64,000 nt of DNA from Malacoraja senta (GCA_038087875.1 CM075999.1:932001-996000), one strand, 5' to 3'; positions 35,601 through 49,812 are shown, numbered from the stretch's first letter. Numbers and translations are program-made. Notes: generated by a model not told the origin, from the sequence alone.

Positions 35601-36987
35601 TAGTCGCTGAGGTCCGTCAGCAAGAGGAGGCAGAGAGATGCGCAAAGGCAGTCTCACGGTCCAAACAGGGCCAGTGGACTACCTGGGAAAACATGGAGCA
35701 TCGTAAGCTTACCTGGAAGGATCTGTGGGAAATGGAAGGAAACCGTCAGCTTCATCATCAGAGCCACCTACGATGTTCTTCCCACACCCAAGAACCTAAA
35801 CCAGTGGTTTGGAGAAGATCCATCATGTTCTCTCTGCCAAACCCCAGCAACATTAAGGCACATCCTCACTGGCTGCAAAACCAGCCTTTCACCAGGCCGC
35901 TACACCTGGAGGCACAATCAGGTCCTGCGACAACTGCCGATTACCTTGGAAGGAAGGAGAACTACCACCAATGCCCTCCCTCCCCCAACGCCTGGTTTCT
36001 CGAACACCACCTCTTTTGTAAAGGCAGGACAACTTCCAGAGAAGCCATTTGCAAGAAAGGAACCGATCCTCCTGGACATTGCCCGGAACTGAAAAATGCA
36101 AGCTGATCTAGACCAGAAGCTCAACTTTCCACCTGAGATCATCACAACTAATCTCAGGCCGGACATGATCTTGTGGTCAACCTCACAGAAGCCCCTGTAC
36201 ATCGTGGAGTGAACTGTGCCCTGGGAGGCTGCAGTTGGTGAAGCGCATGAATGCAAATGTCTGAAGTATTCAGACTTAGCAGCCGAGGCAGAACAACGTG
36301 GCTGGCGTACCCAGGTGCTCCCTGTAGAGGTTGGTTGTAGAGGGTTTGTAGCCATGTCAACAACCAGACTCCTGAAGGGAATGAGAGTTCAAGGACAGGC
36401 TTTCCGACAAGCCGTCAGGTCGCTGTCAGAGGCTGCCGAATGAAGCAGCAACTGGCTGTGGCTGAAGAGGAAGGACCAGCTGGGCTGCGAGAGGGGTAAA
36501 ACGGAGGGGAGCGCACCTCAACAGGTGTTGCTGTTGAGCCCTCTGGAGGTGTCGTGGGCCTATCAACGAAATACCAAGGAAGGAGGGTGCCCACCTGATG
36601 ACCCCAATGAAGTCTTTACCCCTACCCCCACTCAACATATTAAGAAGGTGCCAATTATAGTAGGGATTGTAATATCAAGTCCTATAAGCTCAACTGAATT
36701 GTAAATAGCTGCGGTCCCAGCACCGAGCCTTGCGGTACCCCACTAGTCACTGCCTGCCATTCTGAAAGGGATCCGTTAATCCCTACTCTTAGTTTCCTGT
36801 CTGCCAACCAATTTTCTATCCATGTCAGCACTCTACCCCCAATACCATGTGCCCTAATTTTGCCCACTAATCTCCTATGTGGGACCTTATCAAATGCTTT
36901 CTGAAAGTCCAGGTACACTACATCCACTGGCTCTCCCTTGTCCATTTTCCTAGTTACATCCACAAAAAATTCCAGAAGATTAGTCCA
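32632..36987 (-). mobile_element. CR1 LINE split by a Hero-type element (33767-36697) and a short SINE (~33415-33530)
   Basis: YLDFQKAFDKVPH and GVPQGSVLGPQLF (36706-36987) continue as IYINDLD...KFADDTKL (33540-33766). Confidence 0.9.
33767..36697 (+). mobile_element. Hero-clade (R2-superfamily, restriction-like endonuclease) non-LTR retrotransposon, 5'-truncated and degraded
   Basis: SAPGPNG, LFLDLANA, GIMAGCTISP, AYMDD RT motifs, CCHC knuckle (CSLC...HIL..C), RHNQVL, RPDMIL...IVE*TVPWE...KY RLE domain, and TSD attgtaaa at 33759-33766 and 36698-36705. Confidence 0.85.
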
Positions 36988-37007
36988 GCTTGGCATAAAA
37001 CTTGGCA

Positions 37008-37595
37008 TAATAATAATAATCATAATCATAATCGTAACTTATTAGCCAAGTATTTTTGCAACATATGAGGAATTTGGTTTGCCATGCAGTCACACCAAAA
37101 CAAGCAAAAGACACGCAACTACATAAAAAATTGACTTAACCATCCACCACAGCGGCTCCTCCACATTCCCCACTGTGATGGAAGGCAATAAAGTGTTATC
37201 TTCCTTCCTCCTTTCCTCCCACGGTTGGGGGAGTCTAACCATCCGCAGCCGGTGATCGAGCTCCCAAGTCGGGGCAGTCTAAGCTTCCGCATTGGGACGG
37301 TCGAAACTCCTGCCGCTTGTGGTTCCCGAAATCGGTCCCTAACCAGGGAGCACGAACTTCACGATGTTAAAGTCCGCAGCTCCTGCAGGTTGGAGCACCA
37401 AAGGCCGACCCCTGGCAAAGGGATCGCCCACTCCAAGTTGTTAAAGTCCGCAGGCTCAGCAGTTTTGGACCTCCAGAAGCCCCAAACAAGCGGCCGCCAA
37501 CTCCACGATATTAGGCCGCAGTGCAGACGGAGATACGATACGGAGAAAGTCACATCTCCGTCGCGAAAAGAGGTAAAAAAAGTTTCCCCCATATG
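37008..37595 (-). mobile_element. GC-rich non-autonomous retroelement, related to 26258-27262
   Basis: Shared ccacagcgg...cactgtgatggaaggc and gatgttaaagtccgcagg blocks. Confidence 0.7.
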
Positions 37596-37736
37596 ACCAA
37601 CAATTTGTCCTGGTGCAACCATATAGAAGCTATGGTCATTGAAACATACCTGAGGATTAAAGACTGAGGAAGTTCAGAAGTTCAAAGATTGTGTCAATAT
37701 ACAATGTATGCGTATAAAATCATGAGAGGAATAGTA

Positions 37737-38052
37737 CACGGCGGCACGGAGGCGCAGAGGTAGAGTTGCTGCCTTGAGTTCCGGAGACCCGGGTTCGATC
37801 CAGACCACGGGTGCTGCATGTACAGAGTTTGTACGTTCTCCCCGTGATCTGCATGGGTTTTCTCCGAGATCTGCTATTTCCTCCCACACTCAAAAGACGT
37901 ACAGGTTTGTAGGTTAATTGGCTTGGTACAGGTAAATGTAAAAATTGGCACTAGTGTGTGTCGGATAGTGTTAATGTGCGGAGAACCCTGGTCAGTGCAG
38001 ACTCGGTGGGCTGAAGGGCCTGTTTCCACGTGGTATCTCTAAACTAAACTAA
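37737..38052 (+). mobile_element. HE1-type V-SINE inserted in a CR1 fragment (37700-38370)
   Basis: tRNA-like head (ggcgcagaggtagagttgctgcc...ggttcgatcc), V-core and (taaac)n tail. Confidence 0.85.
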
Positions 38053-38547
38053 AGCAGGGGAATCGAGGACAAGAGGACAAAGGTTTAAGGTGAAGGGGAA
38101 AAGATCCAATAGGAATCTGAGGGGTAACCTTTTCACACAAAGGGTGGTAGGTATATGGAATAATACTGCCAGAGAAGGTAGTTGAGACTGGGACTATCCC
38201 AATGTTTAAGAAACAGTTAAGAGAGGTTCATGGATAGGGCAGGTTCGGTGGGATAGGGAACAAACACAGGCAGGTGGGGCTAGCGGTAGCTGGGACATGT
38301 TGGCCGGTGTGGCAAATTGGGCCAAAGTGCCTGTTTCCATGCTGTATCACTCTATGACTATGACTCTATGAATTACTCTTACCAATTTTCAATGATGACC
38401 CACACAAAGCATCCAATCGGGATGCATCACAGCTTGATTTAACAACTGTTCCACCCAACAACGCGTGAAATTGCACAGAATAGTGAACATAGCCCAATCC
38501 ATTACACAAATCAGCCTCCCCATTATTGACTCCATCCACCCTTCACG

Positions 38548-39735
38548 CTGACTTGGGAAAGGAGGGGAGAAAACAGGAGAAAGGAAGAGGAGGAGCCTGA
38601 GGGCTGAGGGAGAGCTGAGAAGGGGAGGAGACAGCAAGGGCTACCGGAAATTGGAGATCAATGTTTATGCCGCTAGGGTGCAAACTGCCCAAGCGGAATA
38701 TGAGGTGCTCCTCCTCCAATTTCCGGTGGTGCTCACTCTGGCCATGGAGGAGGTCCAGGACAGAAAGGTCGGATTCGGAATGGGAGGGGGAGTTGAAGTG
38801 CTGAGCCACCGGGAGATCCGGTTGGTTAATGCGGACCGAGCGGAGGTGTTCGGCAAAACGATTGCCAAGCCTACGCTCCGTCTCACCGATGTAGATCTGC
38901 TGACATCTAGAGCAGCGGATGCAATAGATGAGGTTGGAGGAGATGCAGGTGAACCTCTGTGGCACCTGGAACGACTGCTTAGGTCCTTGAATGGAGTCAA
39001 GGAGGGAAGTAAAGCGACAAGTTTTGCGGTTGCCAGGGAAATTGCCCGGGGAGGAGGTGGTGCGGGAGGGAAGGGAAGAATTGACCAGGGAGTTGCGGAA
39101 GGAGCGGTCTTTGCGGAAAGCAGACAGGGGGGGGGGGAGATGGGAAGATGTTGCGAGTGGTGGGGTCACGTTGGAGGTGGCGAAAATGACGGAGGACTAT
39201 TTGTTGTATGTGACGTCTAGTGGGGTGAAAGGTGAGGACTAGGGGGACTCTGCCCTTGTTACGAGTGGGGGGATGGGGAGAGAGAGCAGTGTTACGGGGT
39301 ATTGAAGAGACCCTGGTGAGAGCCTCATCTATAGTAGGGGAGGGGAACCCCCGTTCCCTGAAGAATGAGGACATTTCCGATGCCCTGGTGTGGAACGCCT
39401 CATCCTGGGAGCAGATGCAGCGTAGATGGAGGAATTGGGAGTAGGGGATGGAGTCCTTACAGGAAGCAGGGTGGGAAGAAGTGTAGTCTTGATAGCCATA
39501 GGAGTCAGTGGGTTTGTAGTGGATATCGGTCAGAAGGCTATCACCTACGATGGAGATAGTGAGGTCAAGAAATGGTAGGGAAGTGTCGGAAATGATCCAG
39601 GTGTATTTGAGTGTCGGATGGAAGTTAGTGGTGAGGCGGATGAAGTCAGTCAGTTGTGTGTGGGTGCAGGAGGTAGCACCAAAGGAATCGTCGATGTAGC
39701 GGAGGTAGAGGTCAGGGATTGTTCGACGTACCCTT
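38548..39735 (-). mobile_element. Penelope-like element, truncated
   Basis: Same family as 7615-8962, with GIY-YIG (IYCIRC...IYIGET). Confidence 0.9.
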
Positions 39736-39954
39736 CAAAGATGTACTCATGTATGATCTGATCTTTCTGGATGGCACGCAAACAAAGTTTTTCACTGTTT
39801 CATGGTACACGTGATAATAATGAATTAATACCAATATCTATATTTTTCTATTTTGTCACCAGCTTACCATTCATAGAAACATAGAAACATTCATTCCAGA
39901 AATCTCTGACTCTGCATGGTGTGTGTCTATAATGCAATATTTTAATAAAGGCGA

Positions 39955-40160
39955 AGATGGACATGAAATGCTGGAGTTACTCAGCGGGACAGGCAGCATC
40001 TCTGGAGAGAAGGAATGGGTGACCAATCTGACTAGTCTGAAGAAGGGTCTCGACCCGAAACGTCACCCATTCCTTCTCTCCAGAGATGCTGCCTGTCTCG
40101 CTGAGTTACTCCATCTTTTTGTGTATATTTGGTTTAAACCAGCATCTACAGTTCCTTCCT
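39955..40160. mobile_element. Palindromic Penelope-derived element
   Basis: Inverted arms and core CTGAAGAAGGGTCTCGACCCGAAACGTC at 40037-40064. Confidence 0.75.
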
Positions 40161-40799
40161 TCACATTTTTATAAAGGAATTTGCAAAATTAGAATATACC
40201 TACACTTTGTTCCTGCTGCTTGCACTGTCTATTACTGCTCGAAAGAATTCAAAGACTCAGATCTTCCACTGAACAGATGCTGAAATGCTTGCTTGAACAA
40301 ATGCTCGCTCTTACCCATAGTAGGTCCCCAGCTGCTATCATCGACTGAGAACCCAACTCCAGCCCTTGGTTTGATCCTGTACAGTACAAAGCCTCTCTGT
40401 TCTAAGTGTCAGGCTCTGCCCTGCAGTTTTGTTATGATAGCTGGTTAAGACCTACTATCTCTTCCCAGATGACCAAACTGACAAAACATTCACAAAAAGA
40501 TGCAAATTGAAAACACGACTAAGAATTTTAATACTTTAAAGTTAAAAACAAGACCTAAAAACACAAAGAAACAACAAAAGACAACTCCAAAAAAGAAAAT
40601 GGCTATATTGTACCATTTTGTCCCCAGTCATGCATCGTTATTGAAATGAATGGGCCTTCAAGACGTCAGCAAGGTTCAGCACGGCGATTTCCCAGCAAGT
40701 GTATCAGCAGATCCACAGAGATTTGTGATCCTGTACTGGGCTCCATGAGGAATATATGGAACACAGTTGTTCTCAGAGTGATGATCAAGGTCTGTACAG

Positions 40800-41127
40800 T
40801 TTAGTTTATTTAGAGATGCAGCACGCAAACAGGGCCTTTGACCCATCCAGTCCTCGCCGACCATCACAATCACCTGTTCACACAAGTTCAATGTTATTCC
40901 ACTCTTTCATCCACTCCCTACACACTGGAGGTGGTTTTTACAGAGGCTATTTAATCTACAAACCCGCATGTCTTTGGGACATGTGAGGAAACTGGAGCAT
41001 CGGACGGATACCCACGTGGTCACAGGGAGAACGTGCAAACTCCACACAGTCAGCATCCGAGATCAGGGTTGAACCCAGGTCTCTGGCGCTGTGAGGCAAC
41101 AGCTCTACCAGTTGAGCCACTGTGCCA
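40800..41127 (-). mobile_element. HE1-type V-SINE
   Basis: gtcacagggagaacgtgcaaactccacac core. Confidence 0.8.
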
Positions 41128-42054
41128 TCCTATACTCTGATGCCATTAAAAGGTAGCAATGGTATTGCCTGCTTTTAATTAGAGGATCTTGACTAATGGG
41201 TTGATTGAGAAAGGCTTTCTCTTGTGCAATCAATGCCAATTACTCTTAATTATGTTTTCAGCTTCTCTATGCTTTTCAATTGCAATTTTAAGTAAAGTTT
41301 CCATTTTTCCCAACTTGATATTGTTAACTAATCTCCAGTTTCTTAGATTTGCAACTAATCTCCAGTTTCTTAGATATTCCAATTGCAAGTCTGAATCATC
41401 AGTAATGAAAAAAAAACCCATATTAGAAGCCTTTATGCTAGTAAGAGTATTAAATAAGAATATGGTTTTGCGTGAGTAGGTCATGAAACTAAAGGTGTTA
41501 CTGATCAGGAAATCTCTGAAAGGCAGCCAATCTATGTGTGGTTTGTGCTCTGCAATGAAACTGCACTATTTACTGTAGTTCTCACCACCAGAATCTTTTT
41601 TGGAAGTTCTACTCCTCACACCAGGACCTTGCGTGGTCGGTCCGTGGTCAATGTGGCATGATGCCACTGTGTCACTGCCGTTACGCATAGCTACTCACCA
41701 GCAACAATTGGCAGATTCAAGGCAACAATAAAAAATAAGAAAAAAAAGGAAGAGATATTTTTGCAGAGGTTTAATATCCGTTGAGAAAAGGGAACTTTCA
41801 GGGTAAATTAAGATTTGTTTGAAGGAGAAGGAAATAATACTGTCTGCAGTACTCTATACGAGGGATACATGAGTAAAATTTGAATAATTTACTGGAATGT
41901 TTTGGCAGTGGGAAAAAAAAGACGAAAGTTCTATTAAAATTAGCCCCTAATTATAATTTTAATTGCAAACTGGTAAAGGACCATGTTCTGTTTGAGCAGT
42001 AAGTCTGAATCCCAAAGTAGGCTATCTTGTATTTTGAACCACTTTCATTGGGGT

Positions 42055-42190
42055 GGGAGATTGCAACCTTCACGTGGTTCACTCTGTTTCGACGAATGCA
42101 ATCAACCTGGCGTGCACAATCAAATAAGATCAAATAAAACAAGTTGTCCTACAACTTTAGGCTGTGCATGCCATATGCAAGAAGAAGAAC
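42055..42190 (+). mobile_element. Short SINE-like element with (GAA)n tail
   Basis: Second copy in reverse orientation at ~33415-33530. Confidence 0.65.
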
Positions 42191-45100
42191 CACTTTCATT
42201 CCGGTTTCATATTATGCATAATGAATACGAGGCGAACACATGTACCTACTGCACGCATTCCAGATTGTTTAGGTGCACTGAAAGTCGGAATACTGCCAAG
42301 AACTAATGTACGGATTGGTGTATGTGGGTGAAATAGAAGCGTTTCACTTGCTGCAAGTTATGTGCGTTGGCGTGCTGTTCACTTTCAGCCTGCATTGCGG
42401 TTGGCAACGACGCAGCAAGAACAACCAAGCGTGGAAATGTCACCCTTAGTGCGTGGCTTCTCCATCACTGAGGCCTCTACTGGGGGCAAATCACAGTTTC
42501 ACACTAAACTTCCAGGGAAACTGTGAGGAAGCACAGACCTAGCCACCAGCATATGCATGGCGTGCTACTTGTGACCTTATGGACAATAAGCATCTGCCTG
42601 GATACTCAGGGTGAATAAACATGATGACAAAATCTGGGGAGAGTTCTCACGTGATCACCTTTTTGTTCGGTTCTATAAGCGGGGAGGTCAAGACGGAGAC
42701 CCTCATGTTTGTTCAGCCCAGAGTCTTGGTAAATTCTTCCAGGCCTCTTCCCTGAAGTGCACACTCAGTTGTGCTATGGACAATTAGGTTTAAGTTTATT
42801 ATTGTCCTGTGTCCTGAGATACAGAGAAAAGCTTTAGTTTGCCTACTATTCAATCAAATCAGATAATACAATACATGAATACAATCATAAGCTAGGTTAC
42901 AGTCTGATTCTTCAACCTACCTCATTGCGTATATTGGATTTCATCTCCAGAACAAGTACGCTACAATGCTCAGAACTAGATTCTGAGCACCCTGAATTTC
43001 TCTTTGCTCTACCTATGTTTGGCATGATTGTATTAATGTATCATATCTGATTTGATTGGAAAGCATGCAAAATGTCACTGTACCTTTGTGCACTTGATAA
43101 TAATGAAGCTAAACCTAAATCTCACGCCAAGCACAAGTGCAATGGGTAGAATGAAGAGAAAGATACCAGAGAGTAGAATATAGTTCTCTAACAATTGATA
43201 GAACATAGGATCACCAGAATCCACTGATCAATGCCAGTGTATATGGTTTGAACATGTCTCCTCCTGTCCTATTATATATAACTATTCACCTGTTATCTGG
43301 CAGACTACTGCCAACATCTGCTCCAAATCATATCATTTCCTACATTCACTGCTCAACAATTGAATGCTCTCAAGGAAATGTATCTGTCAAACTTCCAACT
43401 TCTGTTGGACTGAACCTTCCTCCCACCAACTGGAGCGCTGTCCTGACCTCCCATCTACCCCACTGGACACCTTTGAAATATCTATCATCGGAAGCTACTG
43501 GATTTTATCATGCACTAAACATTATACCCTTTATCCTATATCTGTACACTGTGGACGGCTTGATTGTAACCATGTGTAGTCTTCTCGCTGACTGGACAGC
43601 ACGTAACAAAAAACATTTTCACTGTACCTTGGTACACATGACAATAATAAACTAAACTTAGTTAAATCATATATACTTGATTAATGAGTATTAACTGAAG
43701 AGAGACACAAGGAACTACAGTTTCCAGAATTTTGAGCAAAGCACTAAGTGCTGGAGTAACTCAGTGGGTCAGGCAGCATCCGTGGAGGACATGGATAGAT
43801 GAAGTTTCAGGTTGAGACCCTTCTTTAGACTGAGTGTCAACTCAAAATGGGACCACACCCATCTAATACAATGAGTCTTCAACAACAACGCTTTAGAAAT
43901 TACTTCTGCCAATACTTGTAGATGAACACTCAATTCAATTGGATAGCTTTCCCTGCTTTTTCAACAGATTTGTTGGTCTATTTAAACTAATTTGTTGCCT
44001 TTATAGGTAATAAACAAGATTAATATGTGAATGTATGTATAAATATCAGTAATTCCTGTGCGGAACTGTGAGCATGGACAACAGCCGATATTTGCTGAAC
44101 TGCATGTAGCTGTGAAGTGCCTTTTGGTGGCTGTAGATGTATAAATATATCAGCATATTTGGGAGACAGATATATAAACTGTAGGTAGGTTCATGGCAGT
44201 TCCATGATTACAAGTTTCTGTTCAGAAACTGGCTCTAATCATTCACGCACGGAAATTCTTCAAGTGAAATAAGTTTCTATTTCGCTTGATACAATAACGA
44301 CATTTAAGGAGCGTTCAGATAAGCACATGACAGACAATGGATAGAGGGATATGAATCACGTGCAATCAGATGTGATTAGTTTAAACTGGCATCACAGTCG
44401 GCATAGATAATGTGGGCTGAAGGGCCTGTTCCTGTACTGCACTGTTCCACATTCCATGCCTTCAACTTCTCTCAATGTCTTATATATTCCAAGATACCTA
44501 TCAAGTATATAAAATTAGGAAAGGCATATTTAGGGTAGGCAATCAGAACTTTCTCCCAGGATAGAAATATCAGCAAGTAATGGGCATGGCTTTAAGGCTT
44601 GGTGGGGGGGGGGGGGGGCAGGGTGTTTAAAGGAGATGAGTTGGGCAAGTTACACAGATAGTGGTAATTGGCTGGAACGTGCTGCCAGCGATGGGGTGGA
44701 AGTAGACATGATGGTGGCATTTAAGAGGCTCTTAGATAGGCACATGGATATGCAGGGAATGGCGGGGTATGGATGATGTGTAGGCAGATTAAATTGCCAT
44801 CATACTCAGCATAGTCATTGTGGGCTGAACGGTATGTTCTTGTGCTGTACTGTTCTATGTGTTCCATGTTCTATTACCCCCAAATATTCATTTATTTCTC
44901 AATATGCCTTGTAAACTCTTTCCTGAGCTCTCTGCAATATCATGTTCAAAACCAGAACACTTTTACAACAGACACAGGTAATCACCAAGCTCTGGCTTGC
45001 TCCAAAGTCATTCTCTAGGACACAGTGCAATGCAATATGAAACTGGCTGTGGAACTGAAGGTATGTATGCCTAGCATGTGCTAAACTCATTAACACCTCA

Positions 45101-46902
45101 TAAAAATAAAAAACCAGAGGCACTCACAGCAACCGCTGCGGGGGCCCAGTGTTCATCTGAAGTGGGCAATAGAATCAATCCTTACAGTGACGTTGTTTCC
45201 TGTTTACTATGGAAATGTCTGCTTGGCAGTGACATCCACAGCTGTACATTCACGGAGACGTATTAAGCTTTGAGAACCAAGTGTGTGAAAGGTTACTGAG
45301 GGTAGACAGGAATGCAGTGTTGGGGGCTGCAATCAAATCGCCCCTAACCCTAATTAATGGAAAGTGGGGCCGAGGGGTGGAGTGCCCTCCTTTGCTCCTA
45401 ATTCATATCTCAGACATTCATGAACTGAGAAGCTTCACATAGAAAACCATTACAGGGCTTGACGGGTGATGCTTCTCATTGCTGGAATGTCAGGAGAGTC
45501 ACAGTGTCAGAATGAAAGGTTGGTCATTAGGACTGAGTTAGGAAGAAATCCGTTCATAGAGATGCTCATGAATTTTTGAAATTCTCTGTCCAAAAAGTGC
45601 TGTATTTTTACACAGAGGGTAGTGGCCACCTGGAACGTGCTGTCAGAGGTGGTAATGGAGGCAGATACAATAGTGGCATTTAAGAGGCTTTTAGCTTGCC
45701 ATGTGGACATGCAAAGAAAGGTGTGATACAGATTATGTGCAGCCAGAGGAGATTAGTTTAATTTAGCATCATGTTCAGCATGGGCAATGTGGGCTGAAGG
45801 ACCTGTTCCTGGGCTGTACTGTTCTATGTTCAATGTTCCAGAGACTCAGCCTCCAGGTATATTCAACACAGATGTCCAAAGAGTTTTGAATATGAAAAGA
45901 ATCAAGGGTTAGTGCAGGAATACAGAGCTGAGGTGAATCTTGATCGATCCAAATGGCAAGACAATCTAAGGCAGACTAAGGGTCTAACTAACCCACTCCC
46001 ACTTTTAATTTTCCTGTTCTTATTTTAGGCTGTCTTTCGTTAGGTTGCCATCTCTACCCATCTGCAGAATCTTAAAGGCTGTGCCCATCTGCTGCACTAG
46101 TCAAGTGAACTGCGGGTGAGCTTCACTGGGTGGATTTCTGTGACTTCAGCTGGCCATTCTTCTCTGCAGGCTGGTCTGACGGAGGGAAAGTAAAAGTAGA
46201 ATAAACCAGCATAATCGGCCATAATAGTCTTATTCTGTTTTGCACTGTCAAAATGCCTCTTGACAATGTGCTTTGTGCTTCCAGCACATCCATTCCCGAG
46301 CAATTGTCTGGAATGCACTGCATCAAATGTGGGTGCATCGGACCTCTTGCTCTGCCCTGCTCTTGTAACCTATGGAACCAAGGGGCTAACAGACTTAACT
46401 GCTGGCCCTCAGCTTTATGCCAACCACAGCTGGGGCATTTAGCATAGCCACACACATTTTGCAAGGGGTTTCCAACCTTCATTAATAAGACGAGATTTAA
46501 GCAGGGTTTTTCTTAAACTTTATTTACCATTACTGTTTTAATTAATTCATTTGGCTAAACATGTTTTCTTACTGCAGGATTCTGCTACAACAGGAAAGGT
46601 CAACAGCACCAGTAAGAATCACATGAATGGGGAAGTGACGGTGGTGCAAAAAAGCAGAGTAACCTGGTCAGTAACCCATCTCTCAAGGATCCCAACAACA
46701 CATTCCAACATTCTTCACAGCGATTAAATAAATTAATTATCAATCCTTAATGCTCTTCATTGGCACCTTCAGCATACAATGAAAGTGCTTCTTGTTTCCA
46801 ATCTATGGAAGACACACTGTGCGAATAAGCTATTGATATGTTTTTCTTTACGTAAATCTTCAGTAAACTGTCATCCTTTATCCGCATGCAGTAGTCTACT
46901 AA

Positions 46903-47691
46903 AGGGGCTGTCCCACTGCGGCGACCTAATCCGTGAGTTCAGAAGAGTGTCTTCGACCTTCAAGCTCGAGGGCACTCGCCTGGAAAACCTCGGGCTGGAT
47001 CGACCGTCAGCGATGAAACCGCGAGCTCTGTCGACCGACCGCACACACACAAACACATCGCAAAGGCGGGGGCCAGGGAAAGCGGGGGAGCGCTGTCTGA
47101 AATTCACACCCGCGATGAACAGGAAGGTAAAAGACGGCTGCAGTGTATGGTCTTTTAGAGAGGGGGAGGGGGGGGAGAGAAGGGGAGAGAAGGGGAGAGA
47201 AGGGGATAAAAGGCGAGAGAAGGGAAGAGAAGGGGAGAGAAGGGGGGTAGAAGGAGGGAAGAAGGAGTGGAGACACTTTTAAGAAGTCAAACAACGTTTT
47301 ATAAAGTTTAGAGGGCATTTAACCTACCGGTTGGTTTTCCTTGGTCCTGAAAACTCCAATTAGCCAATTAAAATGCCCGGTCAGCGAAGGAGATTGCCTA
47401 CGACTGCCCTAGACTGCCTGTAACTAAATAGCGACCCCACTCCACTGCACTATGAGTTCAAAGGGACCATGCCGACCAATTTTTACTCGCGGAAAATTTT
47501 TCTACATGCTGAAAAATGTTCCGCGACCTAGCTGAGGCTGCGAGTAGGCGGGAACTTCCCTCGAGCATGAAGGAGAGTTCCAGTGACCTCCTAGGACCTC
47601 CTAGGACCACGTGTCGACCATGCTGTGAGTTTGAGTCGAGGGCAAACTCTTTTAAACTCGCAGATTAGGTTGCCGCAGTGGGACAGCCCCT
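46903..47691. mobile_element. Non-autonomous PIF/Harbinger-type DNA transposon
   Basis: TIR aggggctgtcccactgcggcgacctaatc / gattaggttgccgcagtgggacagcccct, with TAA on both sides. Confidence 0.88.
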
Positions 47692-49812
47692 TAACTGACT
47701 GAAGAAAGTTGAAAATTGTTTGTCAGTTGAACAGCGGAATTTCTTGCTGAATTGTCATCACCAATAGGAAGGGTCAGGAATGAGGGATGTGATGTGGGGA
47801 AACCTGGGGCATGCAAAGTCTAATCCTACCTCAATGGCTCACAAGGAATCAAAAAGATAAGAGTGTACCTGTTTTAATATCTGCTGGGTCCAGACTCCAC
47901 TGGCTGTTTTCTAGCAGAAAAACCACAATGGTTCATGCCACTGTGAAGGGCATTGACTTCCAACGATATAAATGGACCTTGATCTGCCCACTTAAAGACC
48001 CATCTGGCTTCAAATTGGAGTCTCTGCAGCCTGCGTAATAAGGCAGGGTAAACAGGACATGTTGAAGTAAGACACATGAGAGATTTGAACTACATAACTC
48101 CCCACTGGTAAATCTAAAACTGTTCCTGATCATAAAAATACCTGTTCTACCTCATAATACTGGAATATTTAATTTGTCTGTTACTTGATAATGCTATGAA
48201 GGACAAACCGAAAAATAATTGGATTAGAAAAATATACTTTATTTCTTCCTAAATAATTAGTCAAAAATCATTTCTAACCAGCAGTATGATAAACTCAAAT
48301 CAAACGTTTCTCATAACTTAGTATGTGCAACTTATAATTTACAACCCGATGTAAGACAAAGTGATGGCCCTGTGACTCAGTGACAGAAGATGATCTCATA
48401 ACCCTCAAAAACCACAAACCTTTGGTCGCAAAAGGTTCCACATTTGCTAGGTTAGGAACAGCTTTCATGTCCGCAAGCCCAGAGTAAACATCTTCAGTCA
48501 CTCATTTTTACCTTGCTCGCTGTTTCTTATTTAATGTCAGATCCACCTATATCTAACAATTCCTCAAACACATTTCAGAATTTCTAAAGGAATTTGCAGA
48601 TGAGGAAAATGAAATAAGCAACCAGAAGACATAAACTATGCTTCAGAAAGATACTTTTGAGATTACTCATCAGCTGACTGGAGTTCTAATGAACTACAAC
48701 CCATAACAACCCAGAACCCAGAAACAACCCATAAGTGTGAAAAGGTGTAATTCTGAGATCTCAGTGGCTTGCTGCAGTCAGAATGCATGTCAAGAGTATT
48801 CGACAAGAGAGATTTCCAAAAGTTTTTTCCTATCCTCTACTTCGGAGAGATTTGCTCCTCTTATTAGGAACCCTTCAAAATTTATCACACCAGACCTCAA
48901 GCTCATAACCTCTTCCCCCAGTGTGAAAAGCTAAGTTCTCCAACACAGCACACGTAAAACTTAATGATTTGTGCTTTATTTGGGCAAGTAAATTTGGACT
49001 TGTACTACTTAGCTATACTGAGATAAACTTATCAACATTTTCTGTGTGGGTTACTGAAGTAGTATTTCAGCACCAAACTCTCATTCACTGGAGAATTTTT
49101 TGGATGGAATAATAGTGAATATTAGTGTTACAATAATAGTGAAACAAAGTCATAGCTCACACCACCACTATCTCTCTCCATCTTTGATGGTTTGACATTC
49201 CAAGATATACTTTTTTTTCTCCTTCTTTTTAAAAAAAATTATTAGAAGCAAATGTACAAAAATTGAACCAACGGCATATAAGATTATACAGTTATTGTAC
49301 AGCTTCAATTTTAACTTTTTTGCTTTGAATTAGAAGAAAGGAGAAAAAGCAAGAAAGAGAAAAAAAGTGAGATGTACAAAGATAGAACCCCTAGACTACC
49401 AAAGTAGTGTAGCCGAAGAGTGAATAAAAGAAAGAAAGAAGAGAGGAATAGAAAAAAAATAAAAGGACAAAAAGAAAAAGAGAGAAAAAAGTGGTGATAT
49501 ACCTGCCTCTCATCCCTCCCCACCCACCTCACCCAACCCGTAATTAGATTTAAATCCAGTTGTGTTGCGCCATACTATCCTTGTAATAAATCAATGAATG
49601 GAGTCCATGTCTTGGAAAAATGATCTGTTTTTTCTGCCAAGACAAGTGTAATATTTTCAAGGTAGCGTCTCAGACAATTTTATAATCCACATCTTAAGAG
49701 TAGGGACTGATGTATGTTTCCAAAATTTAAGTATTCGTTTTTTCGCCGTTAACAGGCCATAATTAAGGAAATAGTCTTTGAAATAGTGATAGCTCAGAAC
49801 AGGCTTCTGAAG

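Noticed and set aside
40315..40376. Possible minus-strand exon (ctgtacag...gtaaga)
   Set aside because: No recognisable protein and no partner exons. It may be an old repeat remnant.
42340..42560. CpG-enriched unique stretch with gttggcaac (RFX-like) as a promoter or enhancer
   Set aside because: Short motif with no associated gene. It cannot be supported without conservation data.
46578..46670. Possible plus-strand exon after ttttcttactgcag
   Set aside because: Translation DSATTGKVNSTSK... is not recognisable, the donor is weak and no gene model can be built.
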